Positions 44,246 to 59,122 of a stretch of 64,000 nucleotides of DNA are shown here, in pieces. This stretch comes from Octopus vulgaris. Its lineage: Eukaryota. The stretch spans positions 34,100,001 through 34,164,000 of the forward strand of contig OX597842.1 of assembly GCA_951406725.2 (NCBI GenBank), written 5' to 3'. Position 1 is the first letter of the stretch, and each line of letters starts with the position of its first letter. The translations under genes were made by a program, and so were the position numbers. The notes under the pieces were generated by a model, which worked only from the letters and a program-made list of their open reading frames with translations, did no database searches and was not told where the DNA came from.

Positions 44246-44700
44246 TGAGAGAGAGAAACTGAGAGATAGAGACATGCATACATATGCTGCCACACATTCA
44301 TACATGCAGCCATATATATGTATGCATATATATACATATATATGTATATATATATAGGCATACATATAGATTCATACATGCATACATAGACTCATATATT
44401 TCCATGAAATTCATCCGACTTGATATTGGTTCATATGTTCTCTTGCTGTAGATTCTTTCCGAATGGCACTTTCCCATATCTAATTTTGCTTCCTGGTGAA
44501 GGACCAATTTCCGAAGCGTTAACGTTATCTTCTTCTAGTGACGTATCATCTGACTTATGATCTTAGACTAATTCATAACTCTCATTAAAAAACAGTTATT
44601 GATCATTACCAGTAGCATAGTTTTCGGTCTAAGCTAGCTTTACACACCGCTAGCCACTAAACCTTTTTCTATTTTTCGCTCCCTGTTTATTTCTGTGTTC

Positions 44701-44736
44701 CTTTCTGTCGAGGAGCGTAGGCTCGAAATGTAAAAG
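44701..44736 (+). ncRNA. Degenerate minimal hammerhead-like fold (element about 44660-44827)
   Basis: CUUU CUGUCGA G GAGC GUAG GCUC GAAA U GUA AAAG. Confidence 0.45.
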
Positions 44737-44825
44737 ACTTTCTCTCTTCCCGAGCGATAAACTAATACATCTGTTTGTTTTTTTCACACCCGTCTTCGTA
44801 TTATGCTGTTTTTTGTAAATTCTCG

Positions 44826-44867
<42 letters not shown>

Positions 44868-44921
44868 GTTGGATCGCTAGCTCCTACACGCATTTTTTCT
44901 CTCCTTGTTTCTTTTCTGTGT

Positions 44922-44961
44922 ATCTTTCTGTCGAAGAGCGTAGGCTCGAAACGTAAAAGAT
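44922..44961 (+). ncRNA. Minimal hammerhead-like fold (element about 44885-45058)
   Basis: AUCUUU CUGUCGA A GAGC GUAG GCUC GAAA C GUA AAAGAU, with a 6-bp stem I. Confidence 0.55.
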
Positions 44962-45065
44962 TTGTTTTATTTCTATTCCTGAGCGCCATACTAAAACAAT
45001 TGTTTGTTTGCACTCCACCTGCCTTCGCCTTTTGTTTATTTTCGTAAACCTTCCCGTTATATTTA

Positions 45066-45121
<56 letters not shown>

Positions 45122-45312
45122 TGTCTTATTTTAGAATTATATATGAAATTAATACATGTAATGCTTATCCTAAATTATTGTATCATTATCATTATTTCCC
45201 TGAATGGCTTGAGATATTCGTCCCGCCTAGTTGTTTGTTGTCCTTTTCCGCTAATAATAATTATGATGATGATAATAATAATAACAATAATAATAATAAT
45301 AATAATAATAAC

Positions 45313-45409
<97 letters not shown>

Positions 45410-45429
45410 TATATATGTGTGTGTGTGTG

Positions 45430-45485
<56 letters not shown>

Positions 45486-45734
45486 CATACACACACATAT
45501 ACATACATGTATACATGCATATATATGTACAGGACATCAGGAACAGTAAACAACATGAAATACGAAAACAAATGAGTTCCATACGCAAACAACGAGAGAA
45601 ACAAATGGAAAACGGGACGGCGTTTGTTAAATATTCTTGAGAACATTCTTTTCTTAGTGGTAAGACCATAGCGGATCTACTTCTAGCACAATAGGTGTTC
45701 ACGTAGTGGTTATCCCCTCTTATATATGTATATA

Positions 45735-45774
<40 letters not shown>

Positions 45775-45789
45775 TATATATGTATATAT

Positions 45790-45853
<64 letters not shown>

Positions 45854-45894
45854 GTGTGTCAGCGTCAGCGCTTGACCCCAGGCAACAGATATAT

Positions 45895-46060
45895 ACAACG
45901 AATCTCTTTAAGTTTCCGTCTAATTCACTATAGCCTTGGGCTATAGTGGATTAGTTGGCCCAAGGCTATAGAGGAAGACATTTGCCCAAGGTGACACGCT
46001 GTGGGACTGAACCCAGAGCCATGAGGCTGGAAAGCAATTTTCTTACCACACAACCAACAC
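45895..46060 (-). mobile_element. SINE family A 5' part (diverged)
   Basis: agtttccgtcta...gaagacatttgcccaaggtgacacgctgtgggactgaaccc...cttaccacac. Confidence 0.75.
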
Positions 46061-46178
46061 TATATATATATACATATATAAAGTTAATCCAAACAAGAAA
46101 GCACAAAAAAAACACAACGCGAGGACGTGGAACAAATATAGTATTGTTGGACGCTCAGGAAAGAAGGAAAGAAGGAGG

Positions 46179-46213
46179 GTTTAACGTTTCGAGCGGAGCT
46201 CTTCGTCGGAAAC
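46179..46213 (-). ncRNA. Minimal hammerhead-like fold in element 46083-46283
   Basis: 35 nt identical to 37830-37864. Confidence 0.6.
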
Positions 46214-46509
46214 ATAGGAGAAGGAAAGATCCAGAGAAGGGAAGACAGAGGGAAAAATCGCCAACGGTACACACGCGGTCACACATATACGTATATACAT
46301 ATACATACAAGCACATATTGGAGAGAATGGTGTCTTCCAGTTACACAGAAGAAATTTGTCAACGTGTTTGCATTTGTTAAAGATTTCGGATCGGATATTA
46401 AGCAGTGTAGTAGAATAAATTATACATAAATGATCGACATGTATATGCAAATTATAGAGAGATATCTAGCAGTAAATAATAACTACTGAAGTCACTGTCT
46501 GTCTGTCTG

Positions 46510-46552
<43 letters not shown>

Positions 46553-47162
46553 TTTTATACATTGATTAATACCATGATGAAGTTAAATGCGACGGGAATC
46601 CATTGTAAACACTCAAAATATCCCATTAGCTCTCATAACCGAAAATCGATCCTAGAACCTGATTCTTTTTAGCCTGACTGAAATCCTACCACGGTTTGAT
46701 ACCACCAATATGATAAAGTATTTATATAACATGGGAAACCCCAGATAAATAACATTAAACACAATAAAAAATATACACAAATAAAAGCAGAAATTCTACG
46801 CGTAATAAAGGACGTTAAATTATGACTCTGCCTATAAAAGATAATCGTTGTTTTTGTTTTTGTTTTCGCTTTCTTCCTGGTTCTACTGCTGTATACAATG
46901 CTATTTCTCATTGAACATCATCATCATCATCATCGTCGTCATCGTCATCATCGTCATCGTCATCGTCGTCGTCATCACCATCGCTATCATTATTATGGCT
47001 ATTATTATCATTATCGCCGTCATCGTCGTTAATGTTATTATTATTATCATCATCATCATCATCTTCATCATCATCATCATCATCATCATCACCACCATCA
47101 TCACCATCATCATCATCATCATCATCACTACCATCATCATCATCATCATCATCACCATCGTT

Positions 47163-47203
<41 letters not shown>

Positions 47204-47337
47204 TATGATCATCATCGTTATCATCATCATCACAATTATTATTATTGTCTTCGATTCTTCCCTGACCTGTTATTCTTATTTAATCCCATTCCCCTCCCAC
47301 CGCATGCCGAAGTCTGTGTGTGTATGTGTGTGTGTAC

Positions 47338-47395
<58 letters not shown>

Positions 47396-47478
47396 CTTGT
47401 TGTTGCAGTACTTTTAATTTCCAATATATATATACATACATATATATACACACACACACATATATATATACAAACACG

Positions 47479-47526
<48 letters not shown>

Positions 47527-47632
47527 TATATATATGTGTATATATATGTGTGTGTGTATGTATGTATGTATAAATGAATATATGTATATGTATAAATATG
47601 TATATATGTATGCATATTTATACATATATATA

Positions 47633-47667
<35 letters not shown>

Positions 47668-47943
47668 GCAAGTGTATATAAATATATGCATGTATATACG
47701 TGTATGTGTGTGTGCGTATATATGTATGTATATATATATATATATAAAATAAACTTATCTCCCTCTTTAACCGTACGTATATATAAATATATATACTTGT
47801 ATGCATATATATACATATAGGCATATGCGTGTACACACAGATATATATATATGTATGCATGTCATTCTTTGAGCCAACGCAGAGTATTCTATACTTATGC
47901 GTTTCCACCACCCACTCCCCACACATATACACACGCACACACC

Positions 47944-47995
<52 letters not shown>

Positions 47996-48207
47996 TACAT
48001 ATATACAACCTCTCCATCTCCGTCTTTCCTCTTCCTCTCCAGTTGCTCTCCTCTCTCACCCTCTCTCTTTGATGGTCATATCTATTTGATTAATGGAGCG
48101 GAAAAATCTAATTTCAAACCTCATATATCCGCCATATTGTCTCTCTTTAACCCGAAACGACAACAACAACAATAAAAAAAATGAACGGCTGCAAAAGCAA
48201 CATTAAC

Positions 48208-49200
48208 ATCTAAAGCCACTAATCTTAACTGCTGTACTATACATTGGATAATGTAGTCCTAGATACACTAAGAATGAATAAAGGATGGGATGGTCACGGC
48301 TGGAAGTCTTTGATCATAGGTCTGTCTGGATCAAGACTGACCTATGGCTAAACAACAACTGTAGCCCCTAATCCTAACTACTATACTATACATTGGATAA
48401 TGTAGTCCTAGATACACTATGAATGAATAAAAGATGGGATGGTCACGGCTGGCAATCTTTGATCATAGGTCTGTCTGGATCAAGACTGACCTATGGCTAA
48501 ACAACAACTGTAGCCCCTAATCCTAACTACTATACTATACATTGGATAATGTAGTCCTAGATACACTATGAATGAATAAAAGATGGGATGGTCACGGCTG
48601 GAAATCTTTGATCATAGGTCTGTCTGGATCAAGACTGACCTATGGCTAAACAACAACTGTAGCCCCTAATCCTAACTACTATACTATACATTGGATAATG
48701 TAGTCCTAGATACACTATGAATGAATAAAAGATGGGATGGTCACGGCTGGAAATCTTTGATCATAGGTCTGTCTGGATGAAGACGGACTTGGGGCTAAAG
48801 AACAACAACTGCTACAACAGCTATATCCACTAATACTAACTACTACATTATACATTAGATAATGTAGTCCTAGATACACTATGCCTGAATAAAAGATGGG
48901 ATGGTCATAGCTGGAAGGTCTTTGATAATAGGTCTGTCTGGATCAGGACTGACCTGGGGTTAAACAACAACCACAGTCACTAATACTAACTACTATACTA
49001 TACATTAGATAATGTAGTCCTAGATAAACTACGTCTGAATAAAAGATGGGATGGTCACAACTGGAATTTCAATGATCGTAAGTCTGGATCAGGTCTGACT
49101 TCGAGCAAAACAACAACAACAACTATAACCTCTAACACTAACTACAATACTATACATCGGAAAATGTAGTTCTAAATATACTTTCTGAATATAAGACGTG
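48208..49200 (+). repeat. Tandem array of about 149-bp units, about 6.5 copies
   Basis: Unit ctaatcctaactactatactatacattggataatgtagtcctagatacactatg...gatgggatggtcacggctgg...gactgacctatggctaaacaacaac; period 48362 to 48511. Confidence 0.95.
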
Positions 49201-49339
49201 ATTCTCACAAGGACATATTTGATTTCCCCCTTTTTGTAACATTATCTGATACATTTAAACAATCTTCATCTCTAAATCACATCTCAAAGCAGCAAAACCT
49301 TCCGAAATATACCACGTGCATGGTCTTTCCTCTGTAGGG

Positions 49340-49545
49340 CGGTGGTCAATAGAGTAGGCAATGCAAATCAAGGAAAATATCAAGGAGAATTGTAATGGAC
49401 TTACAGGCAATACATTCAAGTCCAGATACAATCAAAATATAGACTTTTTGAAATCGTTGGAAGAGAGAAAGTTGCCGTTGTCAAAACACATCTGTAAATG
49501 ATGGGATTCGAAGATTGCAAGAGGGATTGCTTCCTTAAACTGGAA
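49340..49545 (+). pseudogene. Decayed Penelope-like GIY-YIG endonuclease fragment
   Basis: From 49394 it reads NGLTGNTFKSRYNQNIDFLKSLEERKLPLSKHICK*, resembling the YIGLT..TFK.RY..H...F...LSKHIW pattern of PLE endonucleases. Confidence 0.6.
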
Positions 49546-49933
49546 TACAGGCGGTGATGTGGCTGTGTGATAACAAGTTTGCTTCCCAGTCACGGTTCAG
49601 TTCCAACACACGGTAATATACACATATACATGCATATATATATATATATATATATATATGTTTATATATATACATATATATATATCTATATATACACATA
49701 TACTTATATGTATACGATATATATACGTTGTGTTATTTACATATATCACTTATATGTATAGATATATGTATATAATATATGTATCTATCTATATATATAT
49801 AGAGAGAGAGTGTGTGTAAGAGGGAGAGACATACAAACAGACAAATAGAAAGACAAAGATACAAATAGATATATAAATACATACAAATACACATTATAAA
49901 TATAAATATACATATATAAAAATATATAGATAT

Positions 49934-49984
<51 letters not shown>

Positions 49985-50070
49985 ATATATATATACATAT
50001 ATATATACTTATATACATACATACAAATACACATTATAAATATAAATATCTATATATATAAATATATAGA

Positions 50071-50153
<83 letters not shown>

Positions 50154-50845
50154 ATATATACATATACATATATACAATATTGTATATAAATATAGATCTA
50201 CACTTGCATACACATGTTTATGTGCTTGTATCTGTGTGTGTGTGTGTGTGTGTGTCTTCCGGAACACATCTATAATGTCCGAGCAGTTCCCATAAACCGG
50301 TCCCCTTTCCCTAATCGTTATCTTAAAGTCTTTGACCGTCGAGTCACGTGTGCCATATACCACACCATCGCCACACACTCACACAACTTCCGACGTCACC
50401 ACCACCACCACCGCCGCCGCCGCCACCACCACTACTGACATTACTACAACCATCACTGCTATTGCAAACACCATCACCACTACCGCCAACACATCGATTC
50501 TTCTGCCTACCCCGATCATCGCTATTGCTAATATTAATACTACCGCACCAACACCAACAGCACCGCAACCACTACCATCAGCATGGCCACCACAAACGCC
50601 ACTACAACAACCATCACTGACTCCATAACCACCGCCCTAGCAACCATCACCATCACAACCACAACCACAACCACCACCACCAAGACACCACTGTAATCAC
50701 TGCCAGAACAACCACTACTACCACCATCACCACCTTCATCACAACCAACCCTTTACCACTACCATCACCTCCTCACCACTGTACCATCGGCACAAGGGCA
50801 ACCACGGCTCCAGGCGTTCAACCGCCCCCGCCACACTCAATACTA

Positions 50846-52660
<1,815 letters not shown>

Positions 52661-52994
52661 GTAATTATAATTTCCTCGTGCCTCAAATTTGTAGTGTGAC
52701 CTTTATCGCAAACGAAACAGAAGTGTAACAACAACAACAAATACGAAAGCGACAAACAATGATAACAACAAAAATAATTGCAACAAATATTAACAACTGC
52801 TTCAGTAACAATAGCTGCAACAACAACAAAAATAATAACAAGATTCGCAACGAAACACAAGAAGAACGAAAGTTGGGGCTACACATACGACGATGACGAG
52901 CCGAGGTGAGGGCGACCCCGGTTATATAAGTTGACGGCGCTTGTAGTGTAGTGATAGGCACAAGGATAAAATAGATCATTACAACGTGTATATA

Positions 52995-53224
52995 TTATTT
53001 CTTTATTGCCCACAAGGGGCTAAACACAGAGGAGACAAACAAGGACAAAGGGATTAGGTCGATTATATCGACCCCAGTGCGTAACTGGTACTTAATTTAT
53101 CGGCCCCGAAAGGATGAAAGGCAAAGTCGACCTCAGAGGAATTTGAACTCAGAACGTAACAGCAGACGAAATACCGCTAAGCATTTCGCCCGGTGTGCTA
53201 ACGACTTTGCTAGCTTGCCGCCTT
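52995..53224 (-). mobile_element. SINE family B, full length
   Basis: Reverse complement ggcggcaagctagcaaagtcgttagc...gagttcaaattcc...tttagccccttgtgggcaataaagaaata. Confidence 0.9.
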
Positions 53225-53392
53225 TAGAACGTGTATATATATATTTGTGTGCACATACACATATACACACACATATATACACATATATAACTGCATACAT
53301 ATACAAACATATATATGTGCATGTGTGTGCCAATGTATATGCATTTGTATATGCATATAATTATATATGTATATATAATAGAAATATATGCT

Positions 53393-53712
53393 GAGACCCC
53401 CTTCGGTCATGACTGACCATGGGATTGCACCTAGAAAGTTACCCTCCTGGGGTAAGGTTGTTTATGGAAGACCAGCAGTCGCCCATGCATACCAGTCTCC
53501 CCTCTCCACGCCACCAGTGTTATCCAAGGGAAAGGCAAAAACCGATACAGCTTGGCACCTGTAATATCGCAACTCATTTCTACAGATGAGTGAACTGGAG
53601 CAACGTGAAATAAAGTGTCTTGCTCAAGAACACAACACGCAGCCCGGTCCGGGATTCGAACTCACAACCTCACGATTTTAAGCTCGATGCTCTAACCACT
53701 GAGCCACGCGCC
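53393..53712 (-). mobile_element. tRNA-derived CORE-like SINE family C
   Basis: Reverse complement ggcgcgtggctcagtggttagagc...gagttcgaatccc...cttgagcaagacactt...ctgtagaaatgag...catgaccgaagggggtct. Confidence 0.9.
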
Positions 53713-53742
53713 ATAGCACACACACACACATATGTATATGTT

Positions 53743-53802
<60 letters not shown>

Positions 53803-53835
53803 TATGTATATAAATATATATACATATATATATAA

Positions 53836-53909
<74 letters not shown>

Positions 53910-54277
53910 CATAATATGCACGCATGCATACATACATATATATAAATACATATGTATATACACACACATATATATATATATACATGTGTGTATGTATGTA
54001 TGCATGTATGGATGTATGTAGATATGTATACGCATATATATATGTGTGTGCGTGTGTGTGTATGTATGTATTATATAAGCACCTGGCAACCAACTAAATT
54101 TGGTAAACAACATTGGATTAAATTATTATTTTTCTTCTGAAGATCGGATATTTCAAAGTAATTACGCAATCGACTACGTAACAGAGGTCGAGCAACATAC
54201 AAGTATATGTTAGTGAAATACGTGTTAAAAAAGAAACACAAGTCTTTTGTCATTTATGATGCCTTTATAAAAAAGTG

Positions 54278-54387
54278 GGTTCAGTCCCACTGCGTGGCAT
54301 CTTGGGCAATTGTCTTCTGCTATAGCCCCGGGCCGACCAATGCCTTGTGAGTGGATTTGGTAGACGGAAACTGAAAGAAGCCCGTCG

Positions 54388-54419
<32 letters not shown>

Positions 54420-55018
54420 GGCGCAGGAGTGGCTGTGTGGTAAGTAGCTTGCTAAACAACCACATGGTTCCGGGTTCAGTCCACTGCGTGGCATCTTGGG
54501 CAAGTGTCTTCTACTATAGCCTCGAGCCGACCAATGCCTTGTGAGTGGATTTGGTAGACGGAAACTGAAAGAAGCCCGTCGTATATATATATATATATTT
54601 ATATATATAGGCGCAGGAGTGGCTGTGTGGTAAGTAGCTTGCTAACCAACCACATGGTTCCGGGTTCAGTCCCACTGCGTGGCATCTTGGGCAATTGTCT
54701 TCTGCTATAGCCCCGGGCCAACCAATGCCTTGTGAGTGGATTTGGTAGACGGAAACTGAAAGAAGCCTGTCATATATATGTGTATATATATGTGTGTGTA
54801 TATGTTTGTGTGTCTGTGTTTGTCCCCCTAGCATTGCTTGACAACCGATGCTGGTGTGTTTATGTCCCCGTCACTTAGCGGTTCGGCAAAATAGACCGAT
54901 AGAATAAGTACTGGGCTTACAAAAGAATAAGTCCCGGGGTCGATTTGCTCGACTAAAGGCGGTGCCCCAGCATGGCCGCAGTCAAATGACTGAAACAAGT
55001 AAAAGAGTAAAAGAGTAA
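54278..55018 (+). mobile_element. SINE family A with a tandemly triplicated 5' half
   Basis: Heads at 54278 (partial), 54419 and 54609 share the same (TA) linker containing atatttatatatataggcg; there is a single tail. Confidence 0.9.
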
Positions 55019-55189
55019 AGTGTGAGAATCCCTCATTTATTCTGCTCTCGGATATACATTCTGTAAATTATTTAAATAAACTTTAATATTTGATTGGAAT
55101 TCAAGTATGAATGGAATTCTTCATATTGGTTTTGGTCATCTTATCTCATTCGAAATAAGCACTTCTCTAGTACAACTATATGTGTTTCA

Positions 55190-56450
55190 TATTCTTTCAT
55201 TCAGGCTTAGTGTATCTAGGAATAAAAGTAGTCTAATGTATAGAAGGTAGCATTAGTGACTGTTGTTGTTGCTTACCGCCAGGTCAGTCCTTTATCAGAA
55301 AGGTTTATGATCAAAGATGTCCCATCTGTGACCATCCCATCTTTTATTCAGGCTTAGTGTATCTAAGACTACATTATCTAATGTATAGTAGTTAGTATTA
55401 GTGGCTACAGTTGTTGTTTAGCCCCAGGTCAGTTTTGATCCAGACAGACCTATGATCAAAGATGTTCCAGTTGTGACCATCCCATCTTTTATTCAGGCAT
55501 AGTGTATCTAGGACTACATTATATAATGTATAGTATAGTTTTTAGTATTAGTGGCTATAGTTGTTGTTTAGCCCCAGGTCAGTCTTGCTCCAGACAGACC
55601 TATGTTCAATGATGTTCCAGCTGTGACTATCTCATTCTTTATTCAGGCATAGTGTATCTAGGACTACATTATCTAATGTATAATTGAGTAGTTAGTATTA
55701 GTAGATATAGCTGTTGTTGTTGTTTAACCCCAGGTCAGTCCTGATCCAGACAGACAGACCGAAGATCAAAGATGCTCCAGCTGTGACCATCCCATCTTTT
55801 ATTCAGGCATAATGTACCTAGGACTACATTATCTAATGTGTAGTATAGTAAGTATTGGTGGCTACAGTTGTTGTTTAGCCCCAGGTCAGTCCTGATCCAG
55901 ACAGACCTATCATCAAAGATGTTCCAGCTGTGACCATGTCATCTTTCATTCAGGCATAGTGTACCTAGGACTACATTATCTGATGTATAATTGAGTAGTT
56001 AGTATTAGTGGCTGTGGCTGTTGTTGTTTAGCCCCGGGCCAGTCCTGATCCTGACAGACCTATGATCAAAGATGTCCCAGCTGTGACCATCCTTCTTATT
56101 ATTCAGGCAAAGTGTATCTAGTACTACATTATCTAATGTATAGTATAGTAGTTAGTATAGTGGCTATAATTGTTGTTGTTTAGCCCCAGGTCAGTCTTGA
56201 TCCAGACAGACCTATAATCAAAGATGTTCCAGCTGTGACCATCCCATATTTTATATAGGCATAGTGTATCTAGGACTACATTATCCAATGTATAGCACAG
56301 CAGTTAGTATTAGTGAACATATTTTTTGTTTAAGCGCAAGTCAGTCTTAATTCCACAAACTTTGTGACTAAAAGCGTTCCAACCGTGACTCGTCCATCAC
56401 ATCTTTGGTACAGACATAGTTTATCTGTGATTACATTACCCAATGTATTC
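55190..56450 (-). repeat. Tandem array of about 150-bp units in inverted orientation, about 8 diverged copies
   Basis: Reverse complement of the 48208-49200 unit (gttgttgtttagccccaggtcagtc...tgtgaccatcccatc...gtgtatctaggactacattatc). Confidence 0.93.
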
Positions 56451-57350
56451 TCCATTTTGAAATGTCACTAGAATCTGGTTTCTATATATAACAATTTCAG
56501 AAACAACACAGCAACGACCTGGTCGGTTCCAAGCAAAATCTGCGTTAGTCTTTGGGTGGTAAGGCTAAATTTATTCCATAAGAGTCTTAATTAATTAATT
56601 AACAACTTAATTTGGCATGTTGGAAAAAGCAGAAACTGAATTCTCTCCAAAGAATTAATTCGTAATTCCATTTATGATCGCAAAACCATTCCTGCTTACC
56701 GTTTCCTGTTTTCCCTTCTGTCGGTCTCTTGAAATAATATACACAGAAGCATCGCAAAAGTTGACACGCTCAATATGTGTGTATTTGTGTGTGTGTGTGT
56801 GTAAGTGTGTGTGTGTAAGTGTGTGTGTGCAAGTGTGGGTTAGTATGTACGATATATATTTATATGTATGTCTGAAGAATGAGGAGTGTCTACATTTAAA
56901 ATGTATATATATATATATATATGTATGTGTATGTGAGTGAGTGTGCGTACGTGTGTGTGTATATATATATGTATGTATGGCGTATATAATATATACATAT
57001 ATATATATTTATGCATGTATATATATATATATATATTATACACACATACATACGTATACATATATATATATATAACCTATGCAGATATGCCTATGTATAT
57101 ATGTATATATACACATATGTATGTATATATTATATATCCCTACATATATATGTACATATATATATATACATATGTATATATTATATATATATACATATGC
57201 ATATATATTATATATGTATATATATATACATACATATATATGCACATATATATTATATATGTATACATACATTTACACACATATGTATATATATTATTAT
57301 GTATGTATACATATATATATATATACATATATATAGATACATATATATAG

Positions 57351-57422
<72 letters not shown>

Positions 57423-57589
57423 ATGTATGTATGTACGTATGTTGGAGTAAACACATAAATCCGAAACAAGGTGGAAAAACTAGTACTCGAATACCAGAGG
57501 TAGAGTAATATATTTTATTGAAAAGCAGCAAAATTATCACAAAAACACCTACTCAGAGTTTCAAGTTCCCGTTTGCCGGACAGTTTTTC

Positions 57590-57619
57590 CTGACGAACGG
57601 GAACGTGAAACTCCGAGTC
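57590..57619 (+). ncRNA. Hammerhead catalytic core (stem I lost) in element 57443-57655
   Basis: CUGACGA ACG GGAA CGU GAAA CUC C GAG UC: canonical core and GUC triplet; an inverted degenerate copy lies immediately upstream. Confidence 0.6.
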
Positions 57620-57690
57620 ACATTTTTTGTAATATTTTTGCTGCTTTTCAATAAAGTATATACATACATGCATACATACATATATATATT

Positions 57691-57732
<42 letters not shown>

Positions 57733-57752
57733 TTATATAAATCCATACATAC

Positions 57753-57794
<42 letters not shown>

Positions 57795-58085
57795 GTATAT
57801 GTATGTATGCACTTATATTGCATCGTATGTTATGCAACATTTGAATCACGTGTTCAGTGGAATGATGGGACATATATTCAGAAAATAAACTACCATTTAA
57901 TTAATTAGATATTCTCAACTTAATCAATGAAATGTTTTTAAAATTCTAATTAATCTAGTCTGTCTTAATTGTGTTTTACATTTTCTCTGGCTGTATTGCT
58001 GGCCATTTTCATCACCATCATCATCGTCGTCGTTGTCGTAATCATCATCACCATCATCGTCAACATCAACATCATCATCATCATC

Positions 58086-58117
<32 letters not shown>

Positions 58118-58401
58118 CATCACCATCAGCACCGTTATCGCAAACATTCCTACCATTATCATCATCAGTATTATCACCATTATCTTCATCATAATTATCA
58201 CTGTCATCACCATCATCATTACTATTATCATCATCATCGTCGTCGTCTTCATCACCAGCACATCATCATCATCAGCCTCATCATCATCATCATCACCATC
58301 ATCACCATCATCAGCAGCCTCTTCCTCTCCTTCCCCTTCTTCTTTATCACCGTCATCATCATCATCATCATCGTCATCATCATCATCATCATCGTCATCA
58401 T

Positions 58402-58522
58402 CTTCTCGAGCCCTGCCTGGCTCATAAGGGCCGGTTTCCCGGTTTCCTGGCGTATAGGTGGGGTACCTATACGCCAGGAAACCGGGAAACCGGCCCTTAT
58501 GAGCCAGGCAGGGCTCGAGAAG
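58402..58522. repeat. Perfect inverted repeat with 58-bp arms and a 5-nt loop
   Basis: 58402-58459 is the exact reverse complement of 58465-58522. Confidence 0.97.
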
Positions 58523-58799
58523 GAACAAACAAACAACAACCAAGGAAAGGCTTTTAAGATCTTTAAATTTCTGATGAACTGGCGATGATAAGGAGCTAAA
58601 GACCTTGACCGAGATCCCACGAAATCCAATTAAATTTAAGACCCTTCGAAAGATTATCTTTAAATAGCTAAGACCATAAAAGCAATTAACCCAGATATAA
58701 TTACATAGGTGATGTGAGAACCCTATTCGCACACACATACTCACACATGATATATAAAACCCTTTAAGGCGGTGCTCCAGCATGACCGTAGTCAAATAA

Positions 58800-58855
58800 T
58801 TGTTCGACTAAAAGAATAAAAGAATATATATTCTTTTATTCTTTTAGTCGAACAA
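58800..58855. repeat. Perfect 56-bp palindrome without a loop
   Basis: ttgttcgactaaaagaataaaagaatatatattcttttattcttttagtcgaacaa is its own reverse complement. Confidence 0.97.
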
Positions 58856-58879
58856 ATTGACCCCCAGAACTTGTTCTTT

Positions 58880-59087
58880 CAACGTCTAGAGTTCAAATTT
58901 CGCCGAGATCGACTTTGCCTTTTATATTTTCGGGGTCGATAAATTAAGTACCAGTTACGCACTAGGGTCGATATAATCGACTTAATCCGTTTGTCTGTCC
59001 TTGTTTGTCCTCTCTATGTTTAGCCCCTTGTGGGTAGTAAAGAAATAGGTATTTCGTCTGTCTTTACGTTCTGAGTTCAAATTCCGT
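58880..59087 (+). mobile_element. SINE family B (5'-truncated, followed by a second head fragment)
   Basis: gagttcaaatt...gactttgcctttt...ggggtcgataaattaagtaccag...gccccttgtgggtagtaaagaaata, then gtatttcgtctg...gagttcaaattcc. Confidence 0.85.
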
Positions 59088-59122
59088 ATATATATATACA
59101 TGCATATATATATATATATGCA

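Noticed and set aside
44430-44562. Minus-strand frame DHKSDDTSLEEDNVNASEIGPSPGSKIRYGKVPFGKNLQQENI* as a terminal exon
   Set aside because: In-frame stop immediately upstream, no polypyrimidine acceptor, no recognisable homology
53645-53712. tRNA-like sequences (also at 1320-1388, 9567-9640, 11760-11829, 59123-59195)
   Set aside because: A and B boxes continue directly into SINE bodies, with no complete cloverleaf or terminator; these are SINE heads, not tRNA genes
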